Below, in pieces: positions 37,471 through 46,506 of a stretch of 64,000 nt of DNA. Origin of the DNA: a candidate division WWE3 bacterium GW2011_GWC2_41_23 (GTDB lineage Bacteria; Patescibacteriota; WWE3; UBA101185; UBA10185). The notes under the pieces are model-generated. The model was given only the letters and a program-made list of their open reading frames with translations. It was not told the DNA's origin and made no database searches. The stretch is from assembly GCA_000996895.1 (NCBI GenBank), contig LCBB01000003.1:3659-67658 (forward strand). The letters are read 5' to 3'. The first letter of the stretch is position 1. Every line of letters begins with the position of its first letter. Both the position numbers and the translations under genes were made by a program.

Positions 37471-37773
37471 GTGGGTTTTTTATCTGCACCGGTTAGCAAT
37501 TGTGAAATTTTTTATCCCCTTCAACTAAGTTTTGTGGTACTTGTGGGTGTTTTTTATTTGATTCGAAAAAAATACTTTGTTTCCCGTTTGTCCCGCCTGG
37601 GCATTATTTTTATATTATTAGGAGGAATTGGGAATACGTTGGAGCGCGTTTTCACAGGTTGTGTACGTGATTATGTGGACTTTTTCGGCCAATTCCGTTT
37701 TAACTTTTTTGACCTGTTAGTGACTTCGGGAGTCTTTCTGTTAATATACGAACTGTGGAAGAACAAAAAATAA
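37471..37773 (+). CDS. lspA: lipoprotein signal peptidase II, C-terminal two-thirds only (TM1 absent)
   Basis: LLGGIGNTLER, VRDYVDF, FNFFD motifs correspond to the LspA GGxxGNxxDR / VVDF / FNxAD blocks. GTG start lies 2 codons after the in-frame TAA of the previous ORF. Confidence 0.6.
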   Translation: MGFLSAPVSNCEIFYPLQLSFVVLVGVFYLIRKKYFVSRLSRLGIIFILLGGIGNTLERVFTGCVRDYVDFFGQFRFNFFDLLVTSGVFLLIYELWKNKK

Positions 37774-38483
37774 GCATAATTCATGAAACCGACGATTACC
37801 TGGTAATAGACAAACCGGCCGGATTGGTAGTTAACCGCTCAAATACAGCCAAAGGGATTACTTTACAGGACATGATAGAGGAGAGAAGTCCTGTAGTCGG
37901 TGAGTGGGATCCGGAAGAGGTAGCACCTAGTGACTTTACTGCGCGCTCCGGTATAGCACACAGGTTGGATAAGGACACCTCAGGTATTTTACTGGTTGCA
38001 AAAAACGAGGAGTTTTTTGAAAATGTTTTAGATCAATTTAAAGAGCGGAAGATAGAGAAGGAATACGCCGCCGTTGTTCACGGGACCCCGGAAGAAGATA
38101 CATTGGAAATTGATGCTCCGATTAAAAGAAGCCCCAAAGACCCGATGAAGATGGCGATTGTGGCAGGGGGGAAGGAAGCTCATACGTTTGTAAGAAAACT
38201 AAATGAACTGGAAATAGACGGAAATCTTTTTTCTTATCTTCAAATCCTTCCGTCAACAGGACGGACTCATCAGATTAGAGTACATTTGGCAGCAGCTTTA
38301 CTGTATATTGCGGGAGACCCGATTTATTGTCCAAAAAATTTACTCACAATTGGCAGAGAAGCGTTCGGTAGAATGATGTTACACGCGACCAAAATAAGAT
38401 TCTTTGACCCTCATTTACATGAATTTGTACAATTTGAGTCCCCTTTGCCAACGGAATATCTTCCATTCACTTCAAAAATATAG
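37755..38483 (+). CDS. rluD: RluA-family pseudouridine synthase (RluD-like, no S4 domain)
   Basis: HRLDKDTSGILLVAKN catalytic motif; conserved lspA-rluD synteny. Confidence 0.8.
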   Translation: MEEQKISIIHETDDYLVIDKPAGLVVNRSNTAKGITLQDMIEERSPVVGEWDPEEVAPSDFTARSGIAHRLDKDTSGILLVAKNEEFFENVLDQFKERKIEKEYAAVVHGTPEEDTLEIDAPIKRSPKDPMKMAIVAGGKEAHTFVRKLNELEIDGNLFSYLQILPSTGRTHQIRVHLAAALLYIAGDPIYCPKNLLTIGREAFGRMMLHATKIRFFDPHLHEFVQFESPLPTEYLPFTSKI

Positions 38484-38499
38484 TAATGTATGAACATAT

Positions 38500-39618
38500 A
38501 TGAGATCTGTACCTGCCCAAAGGAAGGCTCCCATTCGTAATAGGAGTTCCTCCCGGACAACTAAAAATAAAGTTAATTCCGGAGCGGGTAAGAAAAAACT
38601 GATTAACAGAGGCACCCAGAAGTATTTTTCACAAATGGCATTAGGCGGGCTGATTTTTTTCTCCGCCTTTATTTTTTTGGCGGGGTATTCCATCTATAAA
38701 TATTTAAACCAGGCGTTTGCTTCGGCATCCTCAGCAGATTCCTATGCCATCTCTGACAGCAGTATAGTTACTCTGTCTTTTATTGAAGTCGAAAATGTAA
38801 ACGCCGACCCTGTCATCCTAAAAGGTTTAAAGTATATTGTTTTTGACAAAAATGATGAAAAGGTAAGTGTTTTTGACATCCCGCTCGACATCAAGGTAGA
38901 CATGACCGGAAAGTTCGGAGAAGAGGAGATTTCAAAGGTTTTTGCTCTCGGGGCACTAAATTCCACTAACGTGACGGTAGACGGTATAAAATCGGTAAAT
39001 AATACGATAATGAGGATTTTTGGGTTTTCCATAGACAGGTACATTTTGGTCAACGAGGACTTAGCCGAAACGTTGCTGAATTCTTTCAGCGGGAAAGGAC
39101 TATCGGAAATATTAAATCTTCAGGTAGCTTCGGATTTAAAAAAATTCACAATAAGCAATTTAACAATCAGCGAATATTACTCCTTGGTTAATTTTTCGGG
39201 CGGTTTAGCAAAAGATAAGATAGCTATGTATTCAATCACACAAGAGGATATAAACGACAGCGGGAACCTGGACAGCCAGATTGCTGATATGAATTTTGAC
39301 GGGGATATATCGCGCGAAGAATTGAGTGTCGCAATTCTTAACGGCACAGATTATCCCGGGGTGGCTATGTTTGGGTCGAGATTGGTAACTAACTCCGGTG
39401 GTAGGGTAGTGGCGGTTTCAAACGCAGCGTCGAGATACGAGACAAGTTATATCGCTACGGATATCCGCGATTCTGCCACGTTGAGCTATTTAAGCCGGGT
39501 TTTAGGTATCCGAAACATTATTTCCAAACAAGAAGCCCAAAAATTCAATGAAAACGAGGTTGATAGGTCCGAAATCACTGTAATAGTGGGATTTGACACT
39601 GCCGACTCTTTGTACTAA
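38500..39618 (+). CDS. LytR-CpsA-Psr (LCP) family-like membrane-anchored protein
   Basis: N-terminal TM; DIPLDIKVDM...IDRYILVNEDL block resembles the LCP core. Confidence 0.45.
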   Translation: MRSVPAQRKAPIRNRSSSRTTKNKVNSGAGKKKLINRGTQKYFSQMALGGLIFFSAFIFLAGYSIYKYLNQAFASASSADSYAISDSSIVTLSFIEVENVNADPVILKGLKYIVFDKNDEKVSVFDIPLDIKVDMTGKFGEEEISKVFALGALNSTNVTVDGIKSVNNTIMRIFGFSIDRYILVNEDLAETLLNSFSGKGLSEILNLQVASDLKKFTISNLTISEYYSLVNFSGGLAKDKIAMYSITQEDINDSGNLDSQIADMNFDGDISREELSVAILNGTDYPGVAMFGSRLVTNSGGRVVAVSNAASRYETSYIATDIRDSATLSYLSRVLGIRNIISKQEAQKFNENEVDRSEITVIVGFDTADSLY

Positions 39619-39687
39619 CATAACCCTAGTACTCTCTCCTTTCTACCCCCGTCCCAAATAAGGGCGGGGGATTATATATTTTAGGAC

Positions 39688-42267
39688 ATGTTTCTTACAT
39701 ACATTCTAATAACAGCAGGCTGCTTTCTAATAGTAGTGTTCTTAATTTTCTTAAAAAGCCGTTCAGGTGGTGAAAGTGTTGATTCCACGCTCGTAAAGGA
39801 CAGTTTGTTGGATGAGAGTAGTTTCGCGGTTTTTGAGGTTCAGCTGAGTAAAAATGAAGAAATTGCCGACATATCGCCAACAAGGGCATCTTTGGCAGCC
39901 GAAAGTATGTTCGCTGCTTTACACGGGTTACTCCGTGAAAAACCGGTAAATCAGGAATACTTGTCATTCGAGATTGTTTCCTCAACTTCCGACGGTATAC
40001 GTTTCTATTACACATGCCCCCGTGAAATCATCAAATTCGTAGAAAGTCAGGTTTACGCTCAGTTCCCCGGTGCCCACGTTAAGGCTGTTCCCGACCACGC
40101 GATGAGATTCAAAAATACATCTAAGCAGTATGAAATCGCTACAATTGACTTCGCCAGACCTTATTTTTTCCCCATAAAAAGTTTCCGTGATTTCGAAATA
40201 GACACGATGAGCGCCCTTACTTCGGCGATTTCTTCAGTTGGTGACAATGAGGAGATTTGGTATCAGTTTGTTATCAGACCCGTTGCAGATACCTGGCAGA
40301 AAGAAGGATATGATTACGTTCAAAAAGTTAGAGAGACCGGAGTTTCCTCGTCCGGAGGAAACGGATTTTTTTCAGGTTTTTTGAAAATTGCAGCGAAGGA
40401 ATTTAATGAGTTTGCGTCGGGTACTGCTACCGGGATGTTTCAATATAAGGAAAGAGTCGACGATTCCAGATTATCGGCAAAGCCACAAATAAAACTCCAA
40501 CTTTCCACCGAAATGGAACTCAGGGCTATCGAAAATAAACTATCGCACATGGGTTTTGAGACTAATGTCCGTGTTATGGCGACAGGAAATGATCACGACA
40601 GGGTTGATAACAACCTTAGGTCGTCCTTAGCTGTTCTCAAGCAGTATTCATCCACAGCCAATAACTCCTTTGTAGCCGACAAGGCGTCGAACAAGCCGCA
40701 TTTTTTGGGCATGATGTGTAACAGGACAATGGACGAGGACAAAATATTACTTCTAAATGCCGAAGAGCTTGCAACCTTTTTCCACTTTCCTTCGGCGGCT
40801 ATCGACACGCCGAACATACCGTGGATCTATTCAAGAAAGTCGGAACCTCCGGCGGATCTTCCTACCGAAGATTGTGTTTATATAGGAGAAACCACATTTA
40901 GGGACAAGAAGGTACGGTTCGGTCTAAAGAACAACGATGACCGTTTGAGACATTTATATGTGATAGGGAAGTCGGGTACAGGAAAATCTTCACTCTTTGA
41001 ATCTATGATTGCGCAGGACATTGCGGCCGGGGCAGGAGTAGGTGTTTTGGACCCGCACGGTGAAACAATAGAAAGAATTCTGGACAGGATACCTGACAAC
41101 AGGATTGAGGACGTCGTTTATTTTGATCCGTCAGACACCGAGCTTCCGGTGGGTCTTAACTTGCTGGAGATAGATGATCCTTCTAACAAAAATCTTATGG
41201 CATCGGGGCTTGTAGACGCTATTAAGCAGCATTTTGACTACTCCTGGGGTCCGAGATTGGAGTATCTTTTGAATTACGCGATCCTTACTCTTTTGGAAGT
41301 TCCCGGCACCAACATGCTCGGTATCACCCGTTTACTGGAAGACAAAAATTACCAAAATTACATCCTTCATTTTGTAAAAGACCCCGTGGTCGTTAAGTTC
41401 TGGGAAACCGAATTTAAAGAGATGAAAGGAAATCAGAAGCTCGTAACCGAAGCTATATCTCCTATTCAAAACAAGGTTAATAGGTTCTTAGCTTCTACTA
41501 CAATCAGAAATATTTTGGGCCAGAAGAAATCCACGCTGGATATATGGGATGCAATGAATTCCGGAAAAATACTTCTCATGAATCTCTCTAAAGGTAAGAT
41601 CGGAAGCGACAACGCTAACCTTTTAGGTGCACTTTTGGTGTCACGTATTCAGTTTTACGCTTTGCAGAGAGCTAAAATACCTTACGACGACCGCCGCCCC
41701 TTCTATCTTTACGTTGATGAGTTCCAGAATTTTGCCACCGGAAGTTTTGAAGAGGTGTTGTCTGAATCCAGAAAATACAAACTCGGTTTATACCTTACCC
41801 ATCAGTTTACCGCCCAGCTACCTGAAGAACTGCTAAAGTCCGTTTTTGGTAATGTGGGGACAATTATGGCATTTTCTTTGGGAGCGCCGGACGCAAAAGA
41901 ACTTGCCAATGAGTTTGCACCGTATTTCAATGCTGAGGACATCATCTCTCTTGAGCGTTTCCAGGTTTACATGAAGCTGATGAAAGACGGAATGACCTCC
42001 CATCCGTTTTCAGCCAGAATATTGGTGCCTTTTGAAAAGGACTTTTTGCTTGCCAAGACGGGTAATAGGGACAGGGTAATCCAAAGAAGCCGCGAGAAGT
42101 ACGGAGTGCCCCGTGAGTACGTGGAGAGCAAGATTAATAAGTGGGTAGAGGCAAAATTTGACAAAGGTACCGCAATTGCTCAAGAATATAAAGACAAGGA
42201 AGGAAAGACCCTGGGTACAACCGAAATTCCTTTGGATAAGGGCACTTCGGAAGGGCAATTAATTTAA
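39688..42267 (+). CDS. membrane-anchored VirD4/TraG-like (type IV secretion coupling protein-like) P-loop ATPase
   Basis: N-terminal TM; Walker A GKSGTGKSS; Walker B-like YLYVDEFQNF; RKYKLGLYLTHQFTAQL resembles the TraG/TrwB C-terminal motif. Confidence 0.6.
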   Translation: MFLTYILITAGCFLIVVFLIFLKSRSGGESVDSTLVKDSLLDESSFAVFEVQLSKNEEIADISPTRASLAAESMFAALHGLLREKPVNQEYLSFEIVSSTSDGIRFYYTCPREIIKFVESQVYAQFPGAHVKAVPDHAMRFKNTSKQYEIATIDFARPYFFPIKSFRDFEIDTMSALTSAISSVGDNEEIWYQFVIRPVADTWQKEGYDYVQKVRETGVSSSGGNGFFSGFLKIAAKEFNEFASGTATGMFQYKERVDDSRLSAKPQIKLQLSTEMELRAIENKLSHMGFETNVRVMATGNDHDRVDNNLRSSLAVLKQYSSTANNSFVADKASNKPHFLGMMCNRTMDEDKILLLNAEELATFFHFPSAAIDTPNIPWIYSRKSEPPADLPTEDCVYIGETTFRDKKVRFGLKNNDDRLRHLYVIGKSGTGKSSLFESMIAQDIAAGAGVGVLDPHGETIERILDRIPDNRIEDVVYFDPSDTELPVGLNLLEIDDPSNKNLMASGLVDAIKQHFDYSWGPRLEYLLNYAILTLLEVPGTNMLGITRLLEDKNYQNYILHFVKDPVVVKFWETEFKEMKGNQKLVTEAISPIQNKVNRFLASTTIRNILGQKKSTLDIWDAMNSGKILLMNLSKGKIGSDNANLLGALLVSRIQFYALQRAKIPYDDRRPFYLYVDEFQNFATGSFEEVLSESRKYKLGLYLTHQFTAQLPEELLKSVFGNVGTIMAFSLGAPDAKELANEFAPYFNAEDIISLERFQVYMKLMKDGMTSHPFSARILVPFEKDFLLAKTGNRDRVIQRSREKYGVPREYVESKINKWVEAKFDKGTAIAQEYKDKEGKTLGTTEIPLDKGTSEGQLI

Positions 42268-42280
42268 GGAAGGGAAGAAA

Positions 42281-43069
42281 ATGGCCGAAAACGAATTAGA
42301 CGCAATATCTGAAAGAGGTGTAGAAGATTTAAGAAAATTAGTTGCGTTAACACACAGCAACTTAGAAAAGATTTCCCGTATTCTGGACAACATAGATAAA
42401 GAGAAACGTAAAGAAATGTATAAAGAGATGCCCGGAGTATCCGGATATTTTGACGGAACCTATTTGATAGGGGAGGACGGTTCAAAGTATGAGGTTCCCG
42501 CTAATTACGCAGCCAAATCAAGAATAGTGTTCGGTGATACCCTGAAAATGATAGAAGAGGACGGCAAAAAGCTGTTCAAGCAAATCGATAAGGTTCCCAG
42601 GAAACGACTGGAGGGAATTTTGTCCAAAAAAGAAGGCAAATGGTACTTTCTCTCCGACGGAGGGACTTATAAAGTATCGGATATAGCCGCAGAATTCCAC
42701 AAGGCAGAGTTAAATGATAAAGCCGTAGCGTATGTACCCGAGAATGCGCTGAACGCAACGTACGCAGCTCTAGACTATCTTGAGAAAGAAAAGTTACCCG
42801 AAGTTACGCAGGATCAGAAGAAAAAAGAAGTTCCGGTTACTGCGACCTTGAAAAAAGCTGACAGTGAGATTAAGGTAAAAATCGCGGAAACTAAAAAATC
42901 TGAAGCTAGAAGTGTGCAAAAACCGGTAGAGAGAAAAATAGTAAGTCCTGTGAAACCTAAACCCACCGTCAAGCCGGAAGTCAAACCCGAGTCAAAATCG
43001 GCTCCCGAGCCGCCAAAAACACAAAAAGAATTCGTCGCTAATATAATGGATGACGATGATTTGAGGTAA
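42281..43069 (+). CDS. hypothetical protein with Lys/Pro-rich repetitive C-terminus
   Basis: ORF with an SD (GGAAGGGAAGAAAATG). Follows the VirD4-like gene with a 13-nt gap. Confidence 0.45.
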   Translation: MAENELDAISERGVEDLRKLVALTHSNLEKISRILDNIDKEKRKEMYKEMPGVSGYFDGTYLIGEDGSKYEVPANYAAKSRIVFGDTLKMIEEDGKKLFKQIDKVPRKRLEGILSKKEGKWYFLSDGGTYKVSDIAAEFHKAELNDKAVAYVPENALNATYAALDYLEKEKLPEVTQDQKKKEVPVTATLKKADSEIKVKIAETKKSEARSVQKPVERKIVSPVKPKPTVKPEVKPESKSAPEPPKTQKEFVANIMDDDDLR

Positions 43070-43070
43070 A

Positions 43071-43766
43071 TTATTCCTCGACTATCTCTTCTTCTTCCTC
43101 GGCTTCTTCATCCTCGAGGTCTATGTCGTCCAACCCCTTCTTAATGTAAGGTCTTATGTCTTGTTTTTCACCGCGGAAAATTGGAACGGATGATTTAATT
43201 ATCATAGTCAGAGACTTGTCGGCTGCCCTGACAACATAGCCGCTCACTTCTGCATGTATATCCGCCGCTTTATTCAATCTGGAAACAATTTCTTTTTCTT
43301 CAAGGACTGAGACCAAAATTTCCTTGTCTTTTCTGCACTTATAAACATCGATGTTTTTCTTTTTTATCTTGAATTTAAGGCATTCTCCGATGGTAAAATC
43401 CCTTCCGGTAATACCTTTGCAGTTTATATTTGCAACTATTTCAACGGTTGTGCCGGGTTCTTTGAGAAGGTGGTTTGAATTTATGCCGTTTTCGTGTTTA
43501 ACGTCGATTTTTTTGGCTTTGGCAACTTCGTAATTTTTCAGTGCGACCGCGTTTATGGGGTCTACAGCTAGTACCTCTTTAAATATTTTTTTGGCTTTAT
43601 CGAATTGCTTTAGCTGTATCATCGCTCTTCCCAACCTGATTTTTGTTTCCAGGTTGTTAGGATATTTTTCTAGAATTTGGGAGTTTAATTCTATTGCTTT
43701 TTCCCAGTTGTGGCCGAGTGCGGCCTCTATTGCCTTCTTGCTCAGTATAGCGAGGCTTAATTGCAT
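43071..43766 (-). CDS. TPR-like repeat hypothetical protein with acidic C-terminal tail
   Basis: Start placed at the internal Met (MQLSLAILSKK) to avoid overlap with yebC. Appears to contain TPR-like helical repeats. Confidence 0.45.
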   Translation of the reverse strand: MQLSLAILSKKAIEAALGHNWEKAIELNSQILEKYPNNLETKIRLGRAMIQLKQFDKAKKIFKEVLAVDPINAVALKNYEVAKAKKIDVKHENGINSNHLLKEPGTTVEIVANINCKGITGRDFTIGECLKFKIKKKNIDVYKCRKDKEILVSVLEEKEIVSRLNKAADIHAEVSGYVVRAADKSLTMIIKSSVPIFRGEKQDIRPYIKKGLDDIDLEDEEAEEEEEIVEE

Positions 43767-43827
43767 GCCTACAAGGATAATAAATATAAAGTTTTTGTCA
43801 ATCACAAAAAATGCTAATATAGCATGT

Positions 43828-44370
43828 ATGTCGGGGCACTCTAAATGGGCAAATATCAAAAGAAAAAAGGAAGTTACGGACGCTAAAAAAGGCAAAATTT
43901 TCTCAAAGATGAGCCGTCTCATCAGTGTTGCAGCCCGTAACGGCGCGGATCCCGATTCTAATGCTCCGTTAAGAATAGCGGTCGAAAAGGCTAAAGAAGC
44001 CAGAATGCCGAAGGAAAATATAGATAAGGCTATCGCTAAAGGCTCGGGACAGGGCGGGGGAGACAGCTATTCGGAGGTCACTTATGAAGGTTTTGGACCC
44101 GGGGGTGAAGCTTTTTATATTTTAGCTTTAACAGACAACAAAAACAGGACGGTTTCAGAAATCAGAAACATTTTTAGTAAAGCCGGTGGATCTTTAGGTG
44201 GGGCGGGTAGTACCGCGTACATTTTTAATCCTGATCCTGAGAACCCTTCTTATTCAATGGAAATCGATGATCCTAAATATGCTTCAAGACTGGAATCTCT
44301 TTTGGAAGAACTGGACGACCATGACGATGTTCAGGATGTATATGTAAATTTCGTCCTGCCGGAAGAATAA
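43828..44370 (+). CDS. yebC: YebC/PmpR-family transcriptional regulator (short form)
   Basis: MSGHSKWANIKRKK... hallmark N-terminus. Confidence 0.85.
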   Translation: MSGHSKWANIKRKKEVTDAKKGKIFSKMSRLISVAARNGADPDSNAPLRIAVEKAKEARMPKENIDKAIAKGSGQGGGDSYSEVTYEGFGPGGEAFYILALTDNKNRTVSEIRNIFSKAGGSLGGAGSTAYIFNPDPENPSYSMEIDDPKYASRLESLLEELDDHDDVQDVYVNFVLPEE

Positions 44371-44374
44371 CGAC

Positions 44375-44857
44375 ATGGTAATTTTAGGTATTGATCCGGG
44401 AACGGCGAGACTCGGGTATGGAATAATCAAAGAAAAAACTAAAGACAGGTTGTCGTTAGTTAAATCGGGCGTTTTTGTTACAGCAAAAGAATCACAATTA
44501 CAGGACAGACTCCTTTATTTATACGAAAATCTTCTTGAGCTTATTGAAAAATATTCCCCTGACGTAATAGTCGTGGAACGTATATTTTTTAACACGAACG
44601 CTAAGACAGCTATTGCAGTGGGACAGGCTAGGGGAGTAATACTTTTGTCAGCGGCCCGTACAAAAACCCGTATACACGAGTACACGGCTCTTGAAGCTAA
44701 ACTGGTGTTGACGGGGTACGGCAGATCGGACAAAAAAGTTATGCAGGAAGCTGTAAAGGATATTCTTCAGCTTGAGGCTATCGTCAAGTCCGACGACGCT
44801 AACGATGCCGTTGCTATGGCTTTATGTTACATAAAAAAAGGAGAGTCCAAAAAATGA
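44375..44857 (+). CDS. ruvC: crossover junction endodeoxyribonuclease RuvC
   Basis: ILGIDPGTARLGYGI and catalytic acidic residues. Confidence 0.9.
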   Translation: MVILGIDPGTARLGYGIIKEKTKDRLSLVKSGVFVTAKESQLQDRLLYLYENLLELIEKYSPDVIVVERIFFNTNAKTAIAVGQARGVILLSAARTKTRIHEYTALEAKLVLTGYGRSDKKVMQEAVKDILQLEAIVKSDDANDAVAMALCYIKKGESKK

Positions 44858-45675
44858 TTCGCACTATTACACAGACAATAACCCAAAAAGTAGAGAAGAA
44901 ATACAGGTTTGCAATACACGCGCTATTTTATGCTGCATTTTTGTTCTTACACAGCAGCGGATTTATCCCTCTTGAGAGTTTCGGACTTTATTTCGCCATA
45001 CTTTTAGTTACAAGCTTTTCAGTAATCCTCGTGCATTATCCGAACGTGACCTACAGGAACATTTTTATGGCTGTACTTTTACCTATGAACCTCGCCTTAG
45101 GAGGCACCCTGGCTTTATTGCTTTTTCCTAATATAAGTTTGGTATTTAAACTCTCAGCGATAATTGCCTTTTCATTTTTGGATTATATTATTTTGCTGAT
45201 AAATAATGTTTTTTTGGTGATAGAAGACAGAGAAGAAGTGATCCCTCTTTATAGGGTTGCGGTTACGTGGAGTTTAATACTACAAATCATAGTTCTGATA
45301 CCCCTTGTCGCCTCCATCTACAAATTTAATGTTAATAGCTTTTACCATGCCACAGCAGTAGCTGTTTTAGCATTTTTTTATTCTTTATATCAGATATGGG
45401 TTACCAGGTACGATAAAGATGCGAAGAACGCCGGGGTAGCAGAGAAGATTTTTTTATCGTTTATCGTATTTTTCCTGGTTTTTTCCGGTGTGATAGGTGT
45501 TTCTTTCATTCCGTCTGAACCGTTTCTAAGAGCTTTGTTTACATCGTCCGTTGCCATGTTCGGGCTTAGCTATGTAAGCGCCTATTTAAAAAACGAAATT
45601 AATAAGAAATTTATATTTCAGTACGCTTTTATTACGATAGTTTTCCTCGTGTTAATGTTGATATTCCGCCCTTAA
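44854..45675 (+). CDS. hypothetical polytopic membrane protein
   Basis: Multiple TM helices; ATG overlaps the ruvC TGA (ATGA). Confidence 0.45.
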   Translation: MIRTITQTITQKVEKKYRFAIHALFYAAFLFLHSSGFIPLESFGLYFAILLVTSFSVILVHYPNVTYRNIFMAVLLPMNLALGGTLALLLFPNISLVFKLSAIIAFSFLDYIILLINNVFLVIEDREEVIPLYRVAVTWSLILQIIVLIPLVASIYKFNVNSFYHATAVAVLAFFYSLYQIWVTRYDKDAKNAGVAEKIFLSFIVFFLVFSGVIGVSFIPSEPFLRALFTSSVAMFGLSYVSAYLKNEINKKFIFQYAFITIVFLVLMLIFRP

Positions 45676-45679
45676 GTAC

Positions 45680-46506
45680 CCGGGTAGGTGAGTGAAGAAG
45701 GGGAGAACCAAGAGAAGAACTATAGGGTATAATTTGTCGTACTTCCTAGCAATAAATACTATAGGGTGCTAATGTCGAACATAATCCCGTACGTTTGACC
45801 TATATTTAAGGACGTTTGTCATATATCTGAGCAAATAAACTGTTCATTTTATGACAGTATTCGTTGTAACAGCAACGTTCTGCACGATTGTCATACTTTT
45901 CGGTGGGGTGGGGGTGTGGATAACTCAGGACGCCGGTTTCGGTAATTCAGTTTTAATAATTCAGATCATCCGGAGAGCAGGGAATTTTTATTCTTTTCTA
46001 TTAATAAATTAGATTAATAAATATTCGTTAATTAAAAATCATAAATAAATCTTTTGCGTTTATTTTTAGTGCATTCATTCTCTCTCACTAATTTGTGTCG
46101 TATATTTGCTTTGGCCACGCCACAGGCTCAGCCTCCAACTCAACGTCGTTAAACATACATTATACGACGTGTGGCGTGTAGACAAAACCGGCATGCCCCA
46201 CGTATAGGTATATCTTATTTTATTCACGCGAAATTATTTTTCTATTTTCTCTATTTATTACTGTAATAATATTTTCTGCTTCTCTTCCAAAAATATACTT
46301 TCCCCTATTATTCCCGTGTATCCTTATAAATTACATTTAACGCACGGTGCCCCTCCCAAAATTTTTCTGATTTCTCTACCCGCCTCCGGTTCGTTGGGAT
46401 ATTTCATCCTCTATGTACTATAATCTATATATCTTAATGAAATTCGGGCTCATTTCATGAGATGCTGTGCCATTATTTGTTGTTGTGATAAATTTTTTTA
46501 AAAAAG
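45680..46506. other. about 830-bp ORF-free AT-rich region with several inverted repeats and poly-G tracts (possible ncRNA / recombination site / regulatory region)
   Basis: No ORF over 60 aa on either strand in the track. Contains gccacgccacag...tgtggcgtg and ctataggg repeats and a gtggggtgggggtgtgg tract. Confidence 0.4.

Noticed and set aside
43555-43827. Upstream extension of the yebC ORF (track start 43555)
   Set aside because: YebC-family proteins begin MSGHSKWANIKRKK, which here is the ATG at 43828. The extension overlaps the convergent TPR gene and has no homology.
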